The position numbers and the translations under genes were made by a program. From an uncultured Ignavibacteriales bacterium (lineage in GTDB: Bacteria > Zixibacteria > MSB-5A5 > GN15 > FEB-12): a DNA stretch of 64,000 bases. The DNA lies in NCBI GenBank assembly GCA_964540105.1, contig CAZILL010000002.1, positions 811,705 to 875,704 on the forward strand, in the 5' to 3' direction. This document shows, piece after piece, positions 26,833 to 37,500 of the stretch (its first letter is position 1; each line of letters opens with the position of its first letter). The notes below the pieces were generated by a model, which saw only the letters and a list, made by a program, of their open reading frames with translations, was not told where the DNA came from and did not search any database.

Positions 26833-27061
26833 CGTGGTCCCTTTCAAATAGTCCGCGGAAAATAGGCCTACCGACCCATTGAGTCAAACGAAAAATGGTC
26901 TTGTCGAGCGTGCATTTCGCACACTGTACAGGAAGCCTGTTGGTCGGGCCGGATCGATAAAATGTTTGACTTCGAGACAATGTGGAATTATGGTTTCGTT
27001 CTGCCGATATTACGGTATAAGAGAAAACTGTGCAATTTGCTAACATAACAGGAGAATCAGT

Positions 27062-27697
27062 ATGTCCAAGTTCATCCGTTCAGTAGCGGCATTGGTCGTT
27101 ATCTTTCTCGTTGCCGCGGGAATCGTCTGGGCTGAAGAGAAGGGGAAAGACGCACCCAAGACAGGGAAGACTGGCGAGCCGTTAGCCATAGCTCTGAAGC
27201 TCTCCGGTAAGGGAGTTGTCAACGACAGCACGGTCAAGGCCGGCGAGCCTTTCTCGGTCGACATCTATTTCGCCAATGACAAGCATGTGCGCGGCTTTAC
27301 CGCCGGGCTGAAGGTTTCCTCAGCAGACATAAAGACGATCACTCACCCGTCCGACTCAGGCAAGGGGATCAACGAGAACGGCGACATTAAGGGATACAAC
27401 GGCTGGCAGGATAATTCTATTTGGGACCTGACCGGACTCAAAGTCGCCAAAACGGATTGGGATGGCACGTTGCCAGATGTAGCCGGATTTCTTGCCAGTG
27501 CGATGAAGAAGACCTTCGATCCGCAAGGTATGACCAAGAATCTCTCGATGGATCTTGTTGTCTCGGAGCCGGGAACACTGGTGATCGATTCTTGTTTCTA
27601 TCCGCCATCGAATTCATGGAAGTTCATTACGACGGACAATCGTCAGGGTATGAAAGCGCTCTGGAAGGGGCCGTACCACTTCAAGGTAGTGAAGTAA
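27062..27697 (+). CDS. secreted hypothetical protein (cohesin-like beta-sandwich pattern, tentative)
   Basis: 211 aa with an AGGAG SD and signal peptide MSKFIRSVAALVVIFLVAAGIVWA. GEPFSVDIYFANDKHVRGFTAGLKVSS resembles the cohesin opening pattern (G-x-hydrophobic-x-V-x-V...GF-x-hydrophobic-x-L-x-Y). Confidence 0.55.
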   Translation: MSKFIRSVAALVVIFLVAAGIVWAEEKGKDAPKTGKTGEPLAIALKLSGKGVVNDSTVKAGEPFSVDIYFANDKHVRGFTAGLKVSSADIKTITHPSDSGKGINENGDIKGYNGWQDNSIWDLTGLKVAKTDWDGTLPDVAGFLASAMKKTFDPQGMTKNLSMDLVVSEPGTLVIDSCFYPPSNSWKFITTDNRQGMKALWKGPYHFKVVK

Positions 27698-27711
27698 GAA
27701 GGATTGATCAT

Positions 27712-27742
27712 GAAACCCGCCTGTTGGCGGGTTTCTCTTTTG
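27712..27742 (+). terminator. rho-independent terminator
   Basis: GAAACCCGCC (27712-27721), loop TGTT, GGCGGGTTTC (27726-27735). This 10-bp perfect stem is followed by TCTTTTG. Confidence 0.75.
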
Positions 27743-27774
27743 TGCCTCAGGGCTGGTTCGCTGGTTGAAGCAGA

Positions 27775-28617
27775 ATGGAAGTCATGTCCTTCGTAACGAG
27801 ATTGATACTTCGATTCAGCGTCTGTCTTGCCGTGCCGATGTTTCTGACTACGATTGGAATCAGCGCAAGGGCTGGTGAACCAGTCGCGAGCGATTCCGCA
27901 AAGGATCAGTCGCCCCGGCTGATTGTCCGCGTGGATCGGCGCGAGATAACCGATCGCAGGATCATGGATACTCTTGATGTTTCACTCGAGACTTTCCAAT
28001 TCCCGGCGGCGGGATTCGACCTCAAGATAGCCTGCAACAGTCGGTTTGTTGATATAGTGGGAATCATCCCGGGGAAGATTTTTGATTCGTGCCGGTGGGA
28101 CTATTTCACAGCACGACGTCTGGAAACACGATCGGAGAGCAACTACCCTCAGACACTATGGAAGGCGGTTGGACTTGCACAGATGCCGTCAGACACTTCG
28201 CGGCCGATCTGCTTTGGCTTCGACTCTGCGGCCTCGCTGGTCAGGCTGATGGTCAGCAATCATCATGTTCTGCAGATGCCGGAGACTACGGCCGCCATCT
28301 TCTTCTTCTGGGAACAGTGCACGGATAACTGCATCTCTGGTCTCTCGGGCGAGAAGCTCGCGCTCTCCGCAAGCGTCGCTGACTACTTCCCAGTGACTCT
28401 GCTCGATTCTGAGAATTTGTTTCCGACTCACAAAGGCGCTCCTCGACAGTGTGTGAAGCTCTCGACCACCAATCCCCCGCTGAAGTGCATCGAATTTCAT
28501 AACGGCGGTGTGGCGTTTCGCTACCCGTCGGGAAAGCCTGATCCGATAGAATCGGTTGATTCGCTTCCGAAATCAAAATCGACCCGCGAGAAGATCAACG
28601 GGCACAAGCGCCGGTAG
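27775..28617 (+). CDS. secreted hypothetical protein (cohesin-like pattern, tentative)
   Basis: 280 aa with a signal-like N-terminus. DTLDVSLETFQFPAAGFDLKIACNSRFVDIVGIIPGKIF resembles the cohesin 'AGFQFDLKYDPNVLEVVSV' pattern. Confidence 0.5.
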   Translation: MEVMSFVTRLILRFSVCLAVPMFLTTIGISARAGEPVASDSAKDQSPRLIVRVDRREITDRRIMDTLDVSLETFQFPAAGFDLKIACNSRFVDIVGIIPGKIFDSCRWDYFTARRLETRSESNYPQTLWKAVGLAQMPSDTSRPICFGFDSAASLVRLMVSNHHVLQMPETTAAIFFFWEQCTDNCISGLSGEKLALSASVADYFPVTLLDSENLFPTHKGAPRQCVKLSTTNPPLKCIEFHNGGVAFRYPSGKPDPIESVDSLPKSKSTREKINGHKRR

Positions 28618-28771
28618 TCAAGGCAGGGGGCTCGCCCTGCAACCAATTGCCAGTCAACGCGATACACGCTCCAATTCCGGTTGACAAATAACCCGAATCC
28701 TGTACATTGCCCTGACTTGTGAAAGATGTAACGTTGGTGAAAGTTCATACTTCGTTTGGGGAACAGTACTT

Positions 28772-29968
28772 ATGAGATTATTCGAGTTTGAAGGGAAAGA
28801 TCTCTTCAAGAGGTTCAAGATCCCGGTTTCCGAGGGTCGCTTGGCCAAAACGCCAGATGAGACCTACGCCGCCGCCAAGCAGTTCGGGTGTCCAGTGGTC
28901 ATCAAGTCCCAGGTGCTGATAGGGGGACGAGGCAAGGCCGGCGGAATAAGGATCGCCGAAAATCCCGAACAGGCTCACGCGATCGCCCAGGAGCTGTTTG
29001 CTCTTACGATCAAAGGGTATCCTGTCGAGCAGCTTTTGATGGAGCCAAAACTCGTGATCACCAAGGAGTACTACGTCGGTGTCACCATAGATCGCGCGAA
29101 CTACAAACTCGTGGTTATTGCCTCGGGTGACGGTGGCGTCGACATCGAGGAGACCGCAGCCAAGCATCCGGAGCGAATCGTCAAGAAATCGCTCTCAATC
29201 GAAGAGCCGCTGTACGGTTTTGAAGCGTTGGCGATCGCGAAACAGATCGACATTCCGGCCGCGCTGATCCGAAGCGGGGCTGATATTATTGTCGCTCTGT
29301 TCAACATGTTCAAGAAGTACGATGCCAAATTGGTGGAGATCAATCCGCTGGTCCTGACCTCAGATATGAAGTTGATTGCGGCCGACGCCAGGGTATCGTT
29401 AGATGACGACGCGCTTTTTCGCCACCGGGAACTTGGCGACATGGGAATTGAAAAACGTCACGAAGAAGGGGAGATGTCCCCTCGTGAGAAGCAGGCCACA
29501 GAATGGGGGATCCCGTATCTTGATCTTGATGGTGATATTGGTATGTTCCCCGGGGGGGCGGGATTTGGGATTATGGGGAATGACTTCATCCACTACTACG
29601 GCGGCAAACCGGCCAATTTTATGGACTCCGGAGGAGGTCCGACACCGGAGCGCATCGCCCAAATGCTGGTCCTGCTCGACGAGAACCCGGCCGTGAAGGC
29701 GATCTTCGGCGCCCGTTTTGGCGGGATTAGCCGGTGCGACGACTTTGCCCGCGGGGTAGTAATATTTCTCAAGAATCACGGGCTATCCAAGCCGATCGTC
29801 ATGCGCATGACTGGCAACATGTGGCAGGAGGGTGTCCGTATTTTCGAGCAAGCCAAACAGGAAGATCCGTCTCTGTTCGCGAAAGTTGAATTCCACGGGA
29901 TCGAAACTCCCATTGAAGAGATTTCTAAACGAGCGGTCGAGCTGGCCGCTCAGGAACGGGGGCGGTGA
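28772..29968 (+). CDS. sucC: succinyl-CoA synthetase beta subunit (ADP-forming)
   Basis: It has MRLFEFEGKDLFKRFKIPV, an ATP-grasp region (VVIKSQVLIGGRGKAGGI) and the C-terminal CoA-ligase domain. It is coupled to sucD through an overlapping TGATG. Confidence 0.93.
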   Translation: MRLFEFEGKDLFKRFKIPVSEGRLAKTPDETYAAAKQFGCPVVIKSQVLIGGRGKAGGIRIAENPEQAHAIAQELFALTIKGYPVEQLLMEPKLVITKEYYVGVTIDRANYKLVVIASGDGGVDIEETAAKHPERIVKKSLSIEEPLYGFEALAIAKQIDIPAALIRSGADIIVALFNMFKKYDAKLVEINPLVLTSDMKLIAADARVSLDDDALFRHRELGDMGIEKRHEEGEMSPREKQATEWGIPYLDLDGDIGMFPGGAGFGIMGNDFIHYYGGKPANFMDSGGGPTPERIAQMLVLLDENPAVKAIFGARFGGISRCDDFARGVVIFLKNHGLSKPIVMRMTGNMWQEGVRIFEQAKQEDPSLFAKVEFHGIETPIEEISKRAVELAAQERGR

Positions 29969-30834
29969 TGGCTATCCTGGTAGACAAGAAGAGTCGCGTG
30001 ATGGTTCAGGGCATAACAGGATCGGCCGGTAAGTTCCATGCCGAGCGAATGACCGCGTATGGTACCACAATCGTGGGCGGGACATCTCCGGGCAAGGGGG
30101 GGACGGTCATCCTCGACAAGCCCGTGTTTGATACGGTCGCCGAGTGTGTCAAGCAGACAGGCGCCGATGTCTCGGTCATCTTTCTGCCTGCGCCGGCTGT
30201 GAAGGAGGCCGCGATTGAGGCGATCCGCGCCGGTATCAAGTTTCTTGTCGTTGTTCCCGAACATATTCCCATTCATGATATGCTGTTTGTACGCGAAGAA
30301 GCGGTTCGTCATCAGGCCACTGTCATCGGGGGAAACACAGCCGGAATCATCACTCCCGGCGAGGCGAATCTGGGCATCATGCCGGACATCGCGTTCACGC
30401 CGGGTCGTGTGGGGACTGTTTCGCGCTCGGGTTCGATCACCTATTACGTCGCCGACACCCTGACCCGGACTGGCCACGGTCAGACGACTTGCGTAGGACT
30501 GGGCGGGGATCCGGTTCTGGGCTCCACGTTCGATGAAATACTCTGGAAATTCGAACAGGACGAAAAGACGAAAGCAGTTGTCATGTGCGGAGAGATCGGC
30601 GGCGTGTATGAGGAGCGGGCGACGGCGGTCATTCCCAAGATGAAGACCCCAGTACTTGCCATGATCGGTGGTATGTTCGCACCCCAAGGGAAACGGATGG
30701 GGCATGCGGGCGCGATTGTTGAAGGATCGATGGGAACTGCGAAGGAGAAACTGGAGCTCCTTGCTCGTGCGGGTGCACACCCCTGCCGGACTTTCAAGGA
30801 GATTCCAGTGACCTTGAAGAGGCTGGGCGTATAG
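29968..30834 (+). CDS. sucD: succinyl-CoA synthetase alpha subunit
   Basis: It has MAILVDKKSRVMVQGITGSAGKFHAERM and the phosphohistidine loop GKRMGHAGAIVEG. Confidence 0.93.
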   Translation: MAILVDKKSRVMVQGITGSAGKFHAERMTAYGTTIVGGTSPGKGGTVILDKPVFDTVAECVKQTGADVSVIFLPAPAVKEAAIEAIRAGIKFLVVVPEHIPIHDMLFVREEAVRHQATVIGGNTAGIITPGEANLGIMPDIAFTPGRVGTVSRSGSITYYVADTLTRTGHGQTTCVGLGGDPVLGSTFDEILWKFEQDEKTKAVVMCGEIGGVYEERATAVIPKMKTPVLAMIGGMFAPQGKRMGHAGAIVEGSMGTAKEKLELLARAGAHPCRTFKEIPVTLKRLGV

Positions 30835-30992
30835 CAGCCACCTCCAGCTGGAACCGTCATTATTTACGCTATCGCGCAAGATATCTGCGCATTTATGGCA
30901 ATCTCTTCGTAAATTAACCTGCGACAAGGTATCTCGCGGGCGGTTGCCCGAACGGAACGAAGGTAAGAGCAACATTGAGAGACACATACGCC

Positions 30993-32024
30993 ATGGGGAC
31001 GAGCTTCAATGAGCCTGAGATTGGTGCGAGGATCTATCGCGGGCGGAGCGTTGAGGCTACCCACTACGCATCCATCGCTGTGGTGGACGGCGCAGGCACG
31101 CTGACTCACGCTCTTGGTGATCCGTATCTGGTTACGATGACCCGATCCTCGATCAAGCCCTTTCAATTGGCGCCACTGGTTATGACGGGCGCAGCCGACC
31201 ACTACAAGTTCTCCAATGAACAACTGGCGATCATGTCCGGATCGCATTCCGGAACCGACGAACATCGTGTGGTAGTGCAGTCCAATCTTGAGCGGGCGGG
31301 GAACAGACCGGAAGATCTGAAGTGCGGAGCACATCTACCGCTGTATATGCAGATCGAAAACCTCTATCCCCGAGACAGTGAGGATAAGGACCCGGTGCGT
31401 CACAATTGTTCGGGAAAGCACTCGGGCTTTCTGGCGCTGGCGCGCTTCATGGGGGTCGCTGCCGAAGACTACCTCGATCCGGAGAGTAAGTCCCAGAAGT
31501 TGATCAAGAAGACGATTGCGGAAATCTGCGAGTATGATCAGGAGAAGATGTATATTGGCACTGACGGATGTTCGGCCCCCAATTACCCCCTCCCGCTGGC
31601 CAGCCTTGCCCTGGGCTTTATGAAACTCGCCAATCCGGACAGATGTCCAAATGATCTTGGAAAAGCGTTAAAGCGCATAGGCGACGCGATTACCCAAGCG
31701 CCATATATGGTCTCAGGACTGAAGCGACTCGACTACAACCTCATGATCTCATTTCATGGCACGATTGTCTGCAAAGGGGGGGCTGAGGGGCTTCAAGGGA
31801 TTGGGTTCTCGAATCCCCCAATCGGGATCGCGATCAAAGTTCATGACGGCAACGCTCGCGCGCTGGGCGCTATCTGCGTTGAAGCGCTCAAGCAACTGGG
31901 GATTCTCCGGAATATGGGAGATTATCCGGAGCTCTATCGTTATGAAAAACCCGAAGTTCGGAGCAATCGTGATCTTGTCACAGGACACATTGTTCCCGAA
32001 TTCAAGCTGAAGGAAGTGCGGTAG
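30993..32024 (+). CDS. asparaginase-II family protein (PF06089-like)
   Basis: It has RGRSVEATHYASIAVVDGAGTLTHALGDPYLVTMTRSSIKPFQ and HNCSGKHSGFLALA, both typical of the Rhizobium-type asparaginase II family. I prefer the ATG at 30993 over the TTG at 30975. Confidence 0.75.
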   Translation: MGTSFNEPEIGARIYRGRSVEATHYASIAVVDGAGTLTHALGDPYLVTMTRSSIKPFQLAPLVMTGAADHYKFSNEQLAIMSGSHSGTDEHRVVVQSNLERAGNRPEDLKCGAHLPLYMQIENLYPRDSEDKDPVRHNCSGKHSGFLALARFMGVAAEDYLDPESKSQKLIKKTIAEICEYDQEKMYIGTDGCSAPNYPLPLASLALGFMKLANPDRCPNDLGKALKRIGDAITQAPYMVSGLKRLDYNLMISFHGTIVCKGGAEGLQGIGFSNPPIGIAIKVHDGNARALGAICVEALKQLGILRNMGDYPELYRYEKPEVRSNRDLVTGHIVPEFKLKEVR

Positions 32025-32165
32025 TTCTCATGTGGCGAATCATGACACTGCCAGTGCACCTTGGGCTCAATTACCATCGCCGCCGTATCAAAGATCACAC
32101 CTAAGATACTCTCTTTTCTCAGCGGTCGCAGAGCATTCCGTACGCGTGAAAGAAAGGAGAAATCG

Positions 32166-33569
32166 ATGTATCACCGTCAACCGACAGAACCTTACCGCAT
32201 CAAAGCAGTCGAACCGATCAGGCTCTTGGATCGGAAGCAGCGAGAGCAGAAGATAAGGCAAGCTGCATACAATGTTTTCAAGCTTGATGCCGCCGACATT
32301 TACATAGATTTGCTGACCGATTCCGGTACCGGCGCCATGTCCAACGCGCAGTGGGCCGCCCTTATGATGGGGGACGAGTCCTACGCTGGAGCACGATCGT
32401 TTCGCACGTTTGAGAGCACTGTCCAGACAATCTTCCGTAAACGTTTCGTCATACCGGTCCATCAGGGTCGAGTAGCGGAGAACCTGATCTTCAGCACTGT
32501 TTTGAAGAAGGGACAATTCGTCCTTAATAACACGCACTTTGACACGACGCGTGGCAATGTGCTCCATAAGGGAGGGATCCCTGTCGACCTGCCCTGTCCC
32601 CAGTCAAGATCAACCGATCCGCTTCAGTTCAAGGGGAACATGGATACTGCAAAGCTCGAAGAGTTCATTAAGGAACATGGTGTTGACGTAATTGCGATGG
32701 TGATCATGACCGTCACTAACAACTCGTTGGGGGGGCAGCCGGTCTCGATGGCGAATATCCATGAGACGTCGGAAATCTGCCGACGCTACCGTATTCCGTT
32801 CTACTTTGACTGCGCGCGCTTCGCCGAGAACTGCTACTTCATCAAGCGGGACGAAGCGGGTTACGCCGAAGTGAGTATCCCTCAGATCGCGGCCGAGATG
32901 TTCGAAGCTGCCGACGGGGCCTTGATGTCTGCCAAGAAGGACGGACTGGCGAATATTGGAGGCTTGATCGCCCTCAACGACGAACAGCTGTACCAGCGAA
33001 TCACGGAACTGATGGTGCTCATCGAAGGGTTTCCGACGTACGGCGGGCTGGCGGGGCGTGACCTTGAAGTACTGGCTGTTGGCCTGCGCGAGGTCATGGA
33101 GTTCGATTATCTCGATTTCCGTATCGGGCAAGTCCATTATTTCGGTGAAAAGATCAAAGAAGCGGGGATGCCTATCATTGAGCCAACAGGAGGTCACGCG
33201 ATTTTTGTCGATGCCGGCCGCCTCCTGCCTCAAATTCAGCCCGAGCACTTCCCCGGGCAGGGGTTGGCCGTCGCATTCTATCTTGAGGGGGGAATACGCG
33301 CTGTGGAGATTGGTACTCTCATGTTTGGCGGAATCGATCAGTGCACGGGTAAGAAACTCACGTCACAGAAGGAACTTGTCCGAATGGCACTGCCACGACG
33401 AGTTTTCACCAATTCACACATTGACTATGTGGCCGAGGTTGCCGAGCGGATTGTGACCAAGAAGTCCGACATTCACGGATTCCGAATCACGAAAGAGAGC
33501 GAGTTCCTCCGTCACTTTACCTGTGAGCTCGCAGAACTCTCGGCGGAAGAAGTGAATCTGGCTCGATAG
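32166..33569 (+). CDS. PLP-dependent beta-eliminating lyase (tryptophanase / tyrosine phenol-lyase family)
   Basis: It is collinear with Citrobacter TPL and E. coli TnaA as recalled: EPYRIKAVEPI, DIYIDLLTDSGTGAMSNAQWAALMMGDESYAG, GGQPVSMANI, the PLP-Lys motif SAKKDGLANIGG, and GGLAGRDLEVLAVGLRE. The start is set at ATG 32166, preceded by AAAGGAG. Substrate (Trp versus Tyr) cannot be decided by eye. Confidence 0.9.
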   Translation: MYHRQPTEPYRIKAVEPIRLLDRKQREQKIRQAAYNVFKLDAADIYIDLLTDSGTGAMSNAQWAALMMGDESYAGARSFRTFESTVQTIFRKRFVIPVHQGRVAENLIFSTVLKKGQFVLNNTHFDTTRGNVLHKGGIPVDLPCPQSRSTDPLQFKGNMDTAKLEEFIKEHGVDVIAMVIMTVTNNSLGGQPVSMANIHETSEICRRYRIPFYFDCARFAENCYFIKRDEAGYAEVSIPQIAAEMFEAADGALMSAKKDGLANIGGLIALNDEQLYQRITELMVLIEGFPTYGGLAGRDLEVLAVGLREVMEFDYLDFRIGQVHYFGEKIKEAGMPIIEPTGGHAIFVDAGRLLPQIQPEHFPGQGLAVAFYLEGGIRAVEIGTLMFGGIDQCTGKKLTSQKELVRMALPRRVFTNSHIDYVAEVAERIVTKKSDIHGFRITKESEFLRHFTCELAELSAEEVNLAR

Positions 33570-33583
33570 GGTGAAAGGTGAAT

Positions 33584-34174
33584 ATGCGCGCGTTCTATAT
33601 CGCTTCTTCCGTTGTCCTGCTTTCCTTTGTGGTTGGCGCCGGATGTATCAAAATCCAAACCGGATCTCAGACTGCGGACGAAGCTAAAGAGTCATCGGAG
33701 GTACGAGCCAAAGAATTCCAGGTGCAATGGGCCACGCGCCTGCAGGCGGCGCCACCGCTCGAGAAAATCAGTTTGGTGAGGACCCTCATGGATTCAGTCG
33801 CGGCCAGCTACTTCCGATATGGGCGAAGTGTCTCTGAGCAGTGGCGGCAGGGATCCTCCGGACGCGGAAAACCAATCGAAGACACAGAAATGCAAGCGAC
33901 AGTCCAACGCTGGAATGAGGCCCAGAAGCCGGTGATGAAGGGATATGATGCCGTGGTCGAAAACGGGATTGATCAAATCAAGCAGAGTGGGGTTTTCGAC
34001 GAGCGAGTCCTCACTAAACTCCTGCAGCTTCGGGACAACTTCTTCAGGGTCTGCGATGCCGTCTTCTTTCCGACTGGGAATCCGGACAGCTACGACGAGA
34101 AACTCGGGTCGCTCAGCCGCGACAACGCCCGATTCAGCTCGGAACTTGAACAGGAGGTGAGGCGTTTTCAGTAG
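33584..34174 (+). CDS. hypothetical lipoprotein
   Basis: It has a signal sequence with a lipobox-like VVGAGC. The rest is helical and charged. No family is recognised. Confidence 0.5.
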   Translation: MRAFYIASSVVLLSFVVGAGCIKIQTGSQTADEAKESSEVRAKEFQVQWATRLQAAPPLEKISLVRTLMDSVAASYFRYGRSVSEQWRQGSSGRGKPIEDTEMQATVQRWNEAQKPVMKGYDAVVENGIDQIKQSGVFDERVLTKLLQLRDNFFRVCDAVFFPTGNPDSYDEKLGSLSRDNARFSSELEQEVRRFQ

Positions 34175-34393
34175 GTTGGCTGATCACTTTCGACTCATCT
34201 GGGTCTGACAGGGAGAAAAAAGTGAAGAAGATTTCACGAACAACCGGGGGAAACTGGGCCCGGATCGCTCAATAACGACGTGTTGGTCTCAGTTAAGTAC
34301 TTGTCTGGTATGACTATACTCATATAGAGAGGGGAGAGGCTTCAACTCGGCCGGCAAATTGCATATCAACTGAACGTATTTCCCGCCCTGATC

Positions 34394-34422
34394 TTGACAA
34401 TTGCGCGGGAACTTATTATTAT
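34394..34422 (+). promoter_or_regulatory. candidate sigma70-type promoter of the PorU/PorV envelope operon
   Basis: TTGACA (34394-34399), a 17-nt spacer, then TATTAT (34417-34422). It sits in the largest (333 nt) and most AT-rich intergenic region of the window, about 85 nt upstream of the 34508 start. Confidence 0.3.
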
Positions 34423-34507
34423 GAACCGGCTTATAAGAACAGGAGACAATCTATAGCGACACAGCTAACGAAAAGAATAGAATCGTAACAAATACCGAGT
34501 ACGTTAG

Positions 34508-37500
34508 TTGAATCGACCACTTGGCCGTGCAATAGGTTGCTCCGATCGAAAGCCGCATTCTCTTCAGAATCCGGGAAGAGGTGAATTTTGTCTCTTCCTG
34601 TACGTCTTAACACTTCTTACACTTATTTCTTCCCAGTCCGTCAGGGCCTTGGGATCTCCGGTAGAATTGCTGTCATCGACCGCGCAGGGGGTTCGTTTCA
34701 AGGTAATTGTATCGGCCGACTTGACGGGTCTTGACCAGATCCGATCCGGCGGCTCGGTCATCGCCTGTGTGAAGACCGTGCAGGTTGCCATCCCTTCGGG
34801 GGCCTCGGCTCGAATCGTGAGCGCAACAAAACGTCTTCCGATGCCAATCGCAGTCGATGCGCTAAACGGCGAAGGGCTGTCGCTTCGCAATCTCCCTTTG
34901 GCTTCCCTTTCGCACCCGCTTGAAATCCGAGGCCGCGAGTTTGTGGCTGTTCAAATAAGCCCGATTCTCTCGGGAGAAGTTTATCAGGAGGTCGAAGTTA
35001 CTTTGGCTCTTGACGGCGGGCTGAAGCTGGCCGATGGCATCATCACGCCTGATCCCCTCTTTGAGCGCATGCTCAGGAATTCCGTGATCAACGCTGAGAA
35101 CATGATCGCCTGGCCCCAGCTGGTGCCGTCAGTAGGTTCGGATAAGATCGCCAAGCCAGAGCAGGGTCCTTTCTCTCGCAGCGATACCTGGTACAAGATC
35201 GCCATCGACCAGTCAGGTCTGTGCCGAATTACGGGCGCAGAGCTCGAGGGCGCGGGACTGTCGCTTGCCGATCTCCAGTCTGATTCTATCCGAGTTTTCT
35301 CTGGCGGGGGGCTGCCGCTTGAGATGCTGAATTCACGCCCAAGGCCCGAACTGAATGAGATTGCAATTAGGGTGGAGGATGGTGGTGACGGCTTATTTGG
35401 TAAGTCAGACCAGATTCTCTTCTACGGTGAGGCGGTGAATCGCTGGATCTACCGAGCCGATTCAGCTCCAAGGTTTGTCTCGAACCCCTACACACCCAAC
35501 AATATTTACTGGCTGACGGTCTCAGGCGACTACCCCGCGCCAAGGATCAGGATGCAGGATGTTGACGGATCCCTCGGCGGTGCAATCGACACGACAATCT
35601 CGAGTTGCTGGAGTCAGGTCCATGTCGAGCAGGATCACCTTCTGATGCAGGATGGTGATAGTCACGTCGACAATTTCTACACGTGGTACTGGAGCGACAG
35701 CACGAGGGTGTCTTTCTTCTTCGGCGCCCCGGGAGCCATTTCTTCCGACTCAGCCCGGATCACTGTAGTCGGTCGAACCGGATATCCGTTCATAGAACTC
35801 GATGTCAATCAAGTACGAGCGGTCCGGGACAGCGCTGATTCCTATCGCTGTTCAATGACTTCGCGGAGTCTTATCAACGGGCTCAACCAGGTCACAGTGT
35901 CTCTGTCTCCCATTTCGAGGGCTGTTTCTCCTTACTTGGACAATCTTGAGTGTTCGTATCATCGCCAGCTTGTTCCGGAGAACGACCGCCTCGACATCGC
36001 TCTCGGCGAGGCACGTGGTCGCGGCCGTATCCAGATCGCTGATGATTTCGTCTCGCGCCCTATCATTCTGGAGGTATCGAATCCGCTCCACCCGAAGGAA
36101 GTCACCGGTGCTGTCTCAAGCAACGGAGTCCTGTCGTTCGACGCAGATCTTCTTGCCGAGAACGCCAATCGCTTCTACTGCGCAAGTCGGTCAGCAGCTG
36201 TAAAGCCGGTTTCGATTACGCAGGCTCACCCATCCGATCTGCGAGCCGCTTCGAGTCAGACTGACCTGATTATAATCACCCCGAAGAGCTTTACAAGCGC
36301 TTTGGGGGAATACACGGCCTATCGGAGCGCCCAGGGTTACGCGATCAGGATAGTCGCGATAGAAGATGTCATGGATAACTTCTCGTTCGGGCTCTTTGAT
36401 CCGACCGCCATTCGTGATTTCCTGAAATATGCTTATGAAAACCGCATCGCCTATCCGGCCCCTATTCCCTCGGCTGTCCTTTTCGTTGGGGATGCAAACT
36501 ACGATTTTCTCAATCACTTGGAGACTTCTGTTCCGAATCTCGTGCCGACGTACATCAACCCAATGGAAGTCAGTTCAATTGGCAATACGTATGGAGACGA
36601 CAATTACGTGTATTTCGGAAAGTACGGGATTCTCGATAGCGACACCAGTCGCACAAAGCTCCGCGATCGTGGGTATGACATGATGACAGCACGCTGGCCG
36701 GTCAAGAGCGTTAGCGAAATTGCTATGATTACGAAGAAGATCAAGACCTATGAATCGGCTGCGAACCTCGGGGCGTGGCGCAATGCCGTAACTCTGGTAG
36801 CCGATGACGAATTTGGCGCGGAGAGTGACGAGACCTACCACACCACCCAGACGGAAACGCTGGAGCAGGCACACCTTCCCCGCAATTTCAATCGCACTAA
36901 GATCTATCTGTGGGATTACCCGTTTGTCAATCGACAGAAGCCCGCCGTGAATGACGCTATTGTCGAGGCGTTCAACGCCGGCAGCCTTCTGGTCAACTAT
37001 GTCGGTCACGGCAATCCTGATGTCTGGTCGCATGAACATGTCTTCACCCGGACGAGCGACCTGAGCCGACTGAATAATAACAATCTTCCGTTAGTGATTG
37101 CCGCTTCCTGCGCGATTGGTTTCTTTGATGATCCTCGTCGAGAGTCAATGGGTGAAGACTTGCTGAGCATGGCCCATGGGGCGATCGGCGTCATCTCCGC
37201 CATGCGGCTGGTCTTCTCCTATGACAACGCTCAGCTGAATCGACAGATCTACGACTACATGATGTCCGACAAGTCTCTCACCATCGGCGAGTCGTTGTTT
37301 CTCGCCAAAATGACACGCCAGTATGGAGGCGGTTCAATTCCGCAGCAGATCCAGAATGATCGCGGCTATGCGTACTTCGGCGATCCTTACTTGCGGCTTG
37401 GTCAGCCGGTTCTGAACGTTAGCTTCGATCCCTTTCGGGATAGCCTCACGGCGCTGAAGAAGATGTCGATCACTGGCTCCGTCACGGATCACAGCGGCGC

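Noticed and set aside
26105-27046. 313-aa minus-strand ORF, the longest ORF over the sdhC region
   Set aside because: It is in a different frame from the 245-aa ORF, which has five clear TM helices and ends 1 nt before the sdhA start. The translation is Arg/Ser/His-rich with no membrane character or recognisable motif. This is a typical out-of-frame artefact in GC-rich DNA.
29950-30987. 345-aa minus-strand ORF
   Set aside because: It is antisense to sucD, whose identity is unambiguous. The translation is Arg/Ser/Pro-rich low-information sequence.
32061-32165. 35-codon N-terminal extension of the beta-eliminating lyase ORF
   Set aside because: Homologues begin a few residues before the EPxRIK motif. 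ATG 32166 is preceded by AAAGGAG, and the extension has no homologous counterpart.
32610-33248. 212-aa minus-strand ORF
   Set aside because: It is antisense to the tryptophanase/TPL-family gene, which carries the PLP-Lys motif on the + strand.
34175-34507. The largest intergenic region (333 nt, AT-rich), examined for an ncRNA, tRNA or small gene
   Set aside because: It contains only short 5-bp hairpins and a promoter-like TTGACA-17-TATTAT. There is no cloverleaf, no conserved riboswitch-like core that I recognise, and no ORF with an SD. It is most simply a promoter and leader region.
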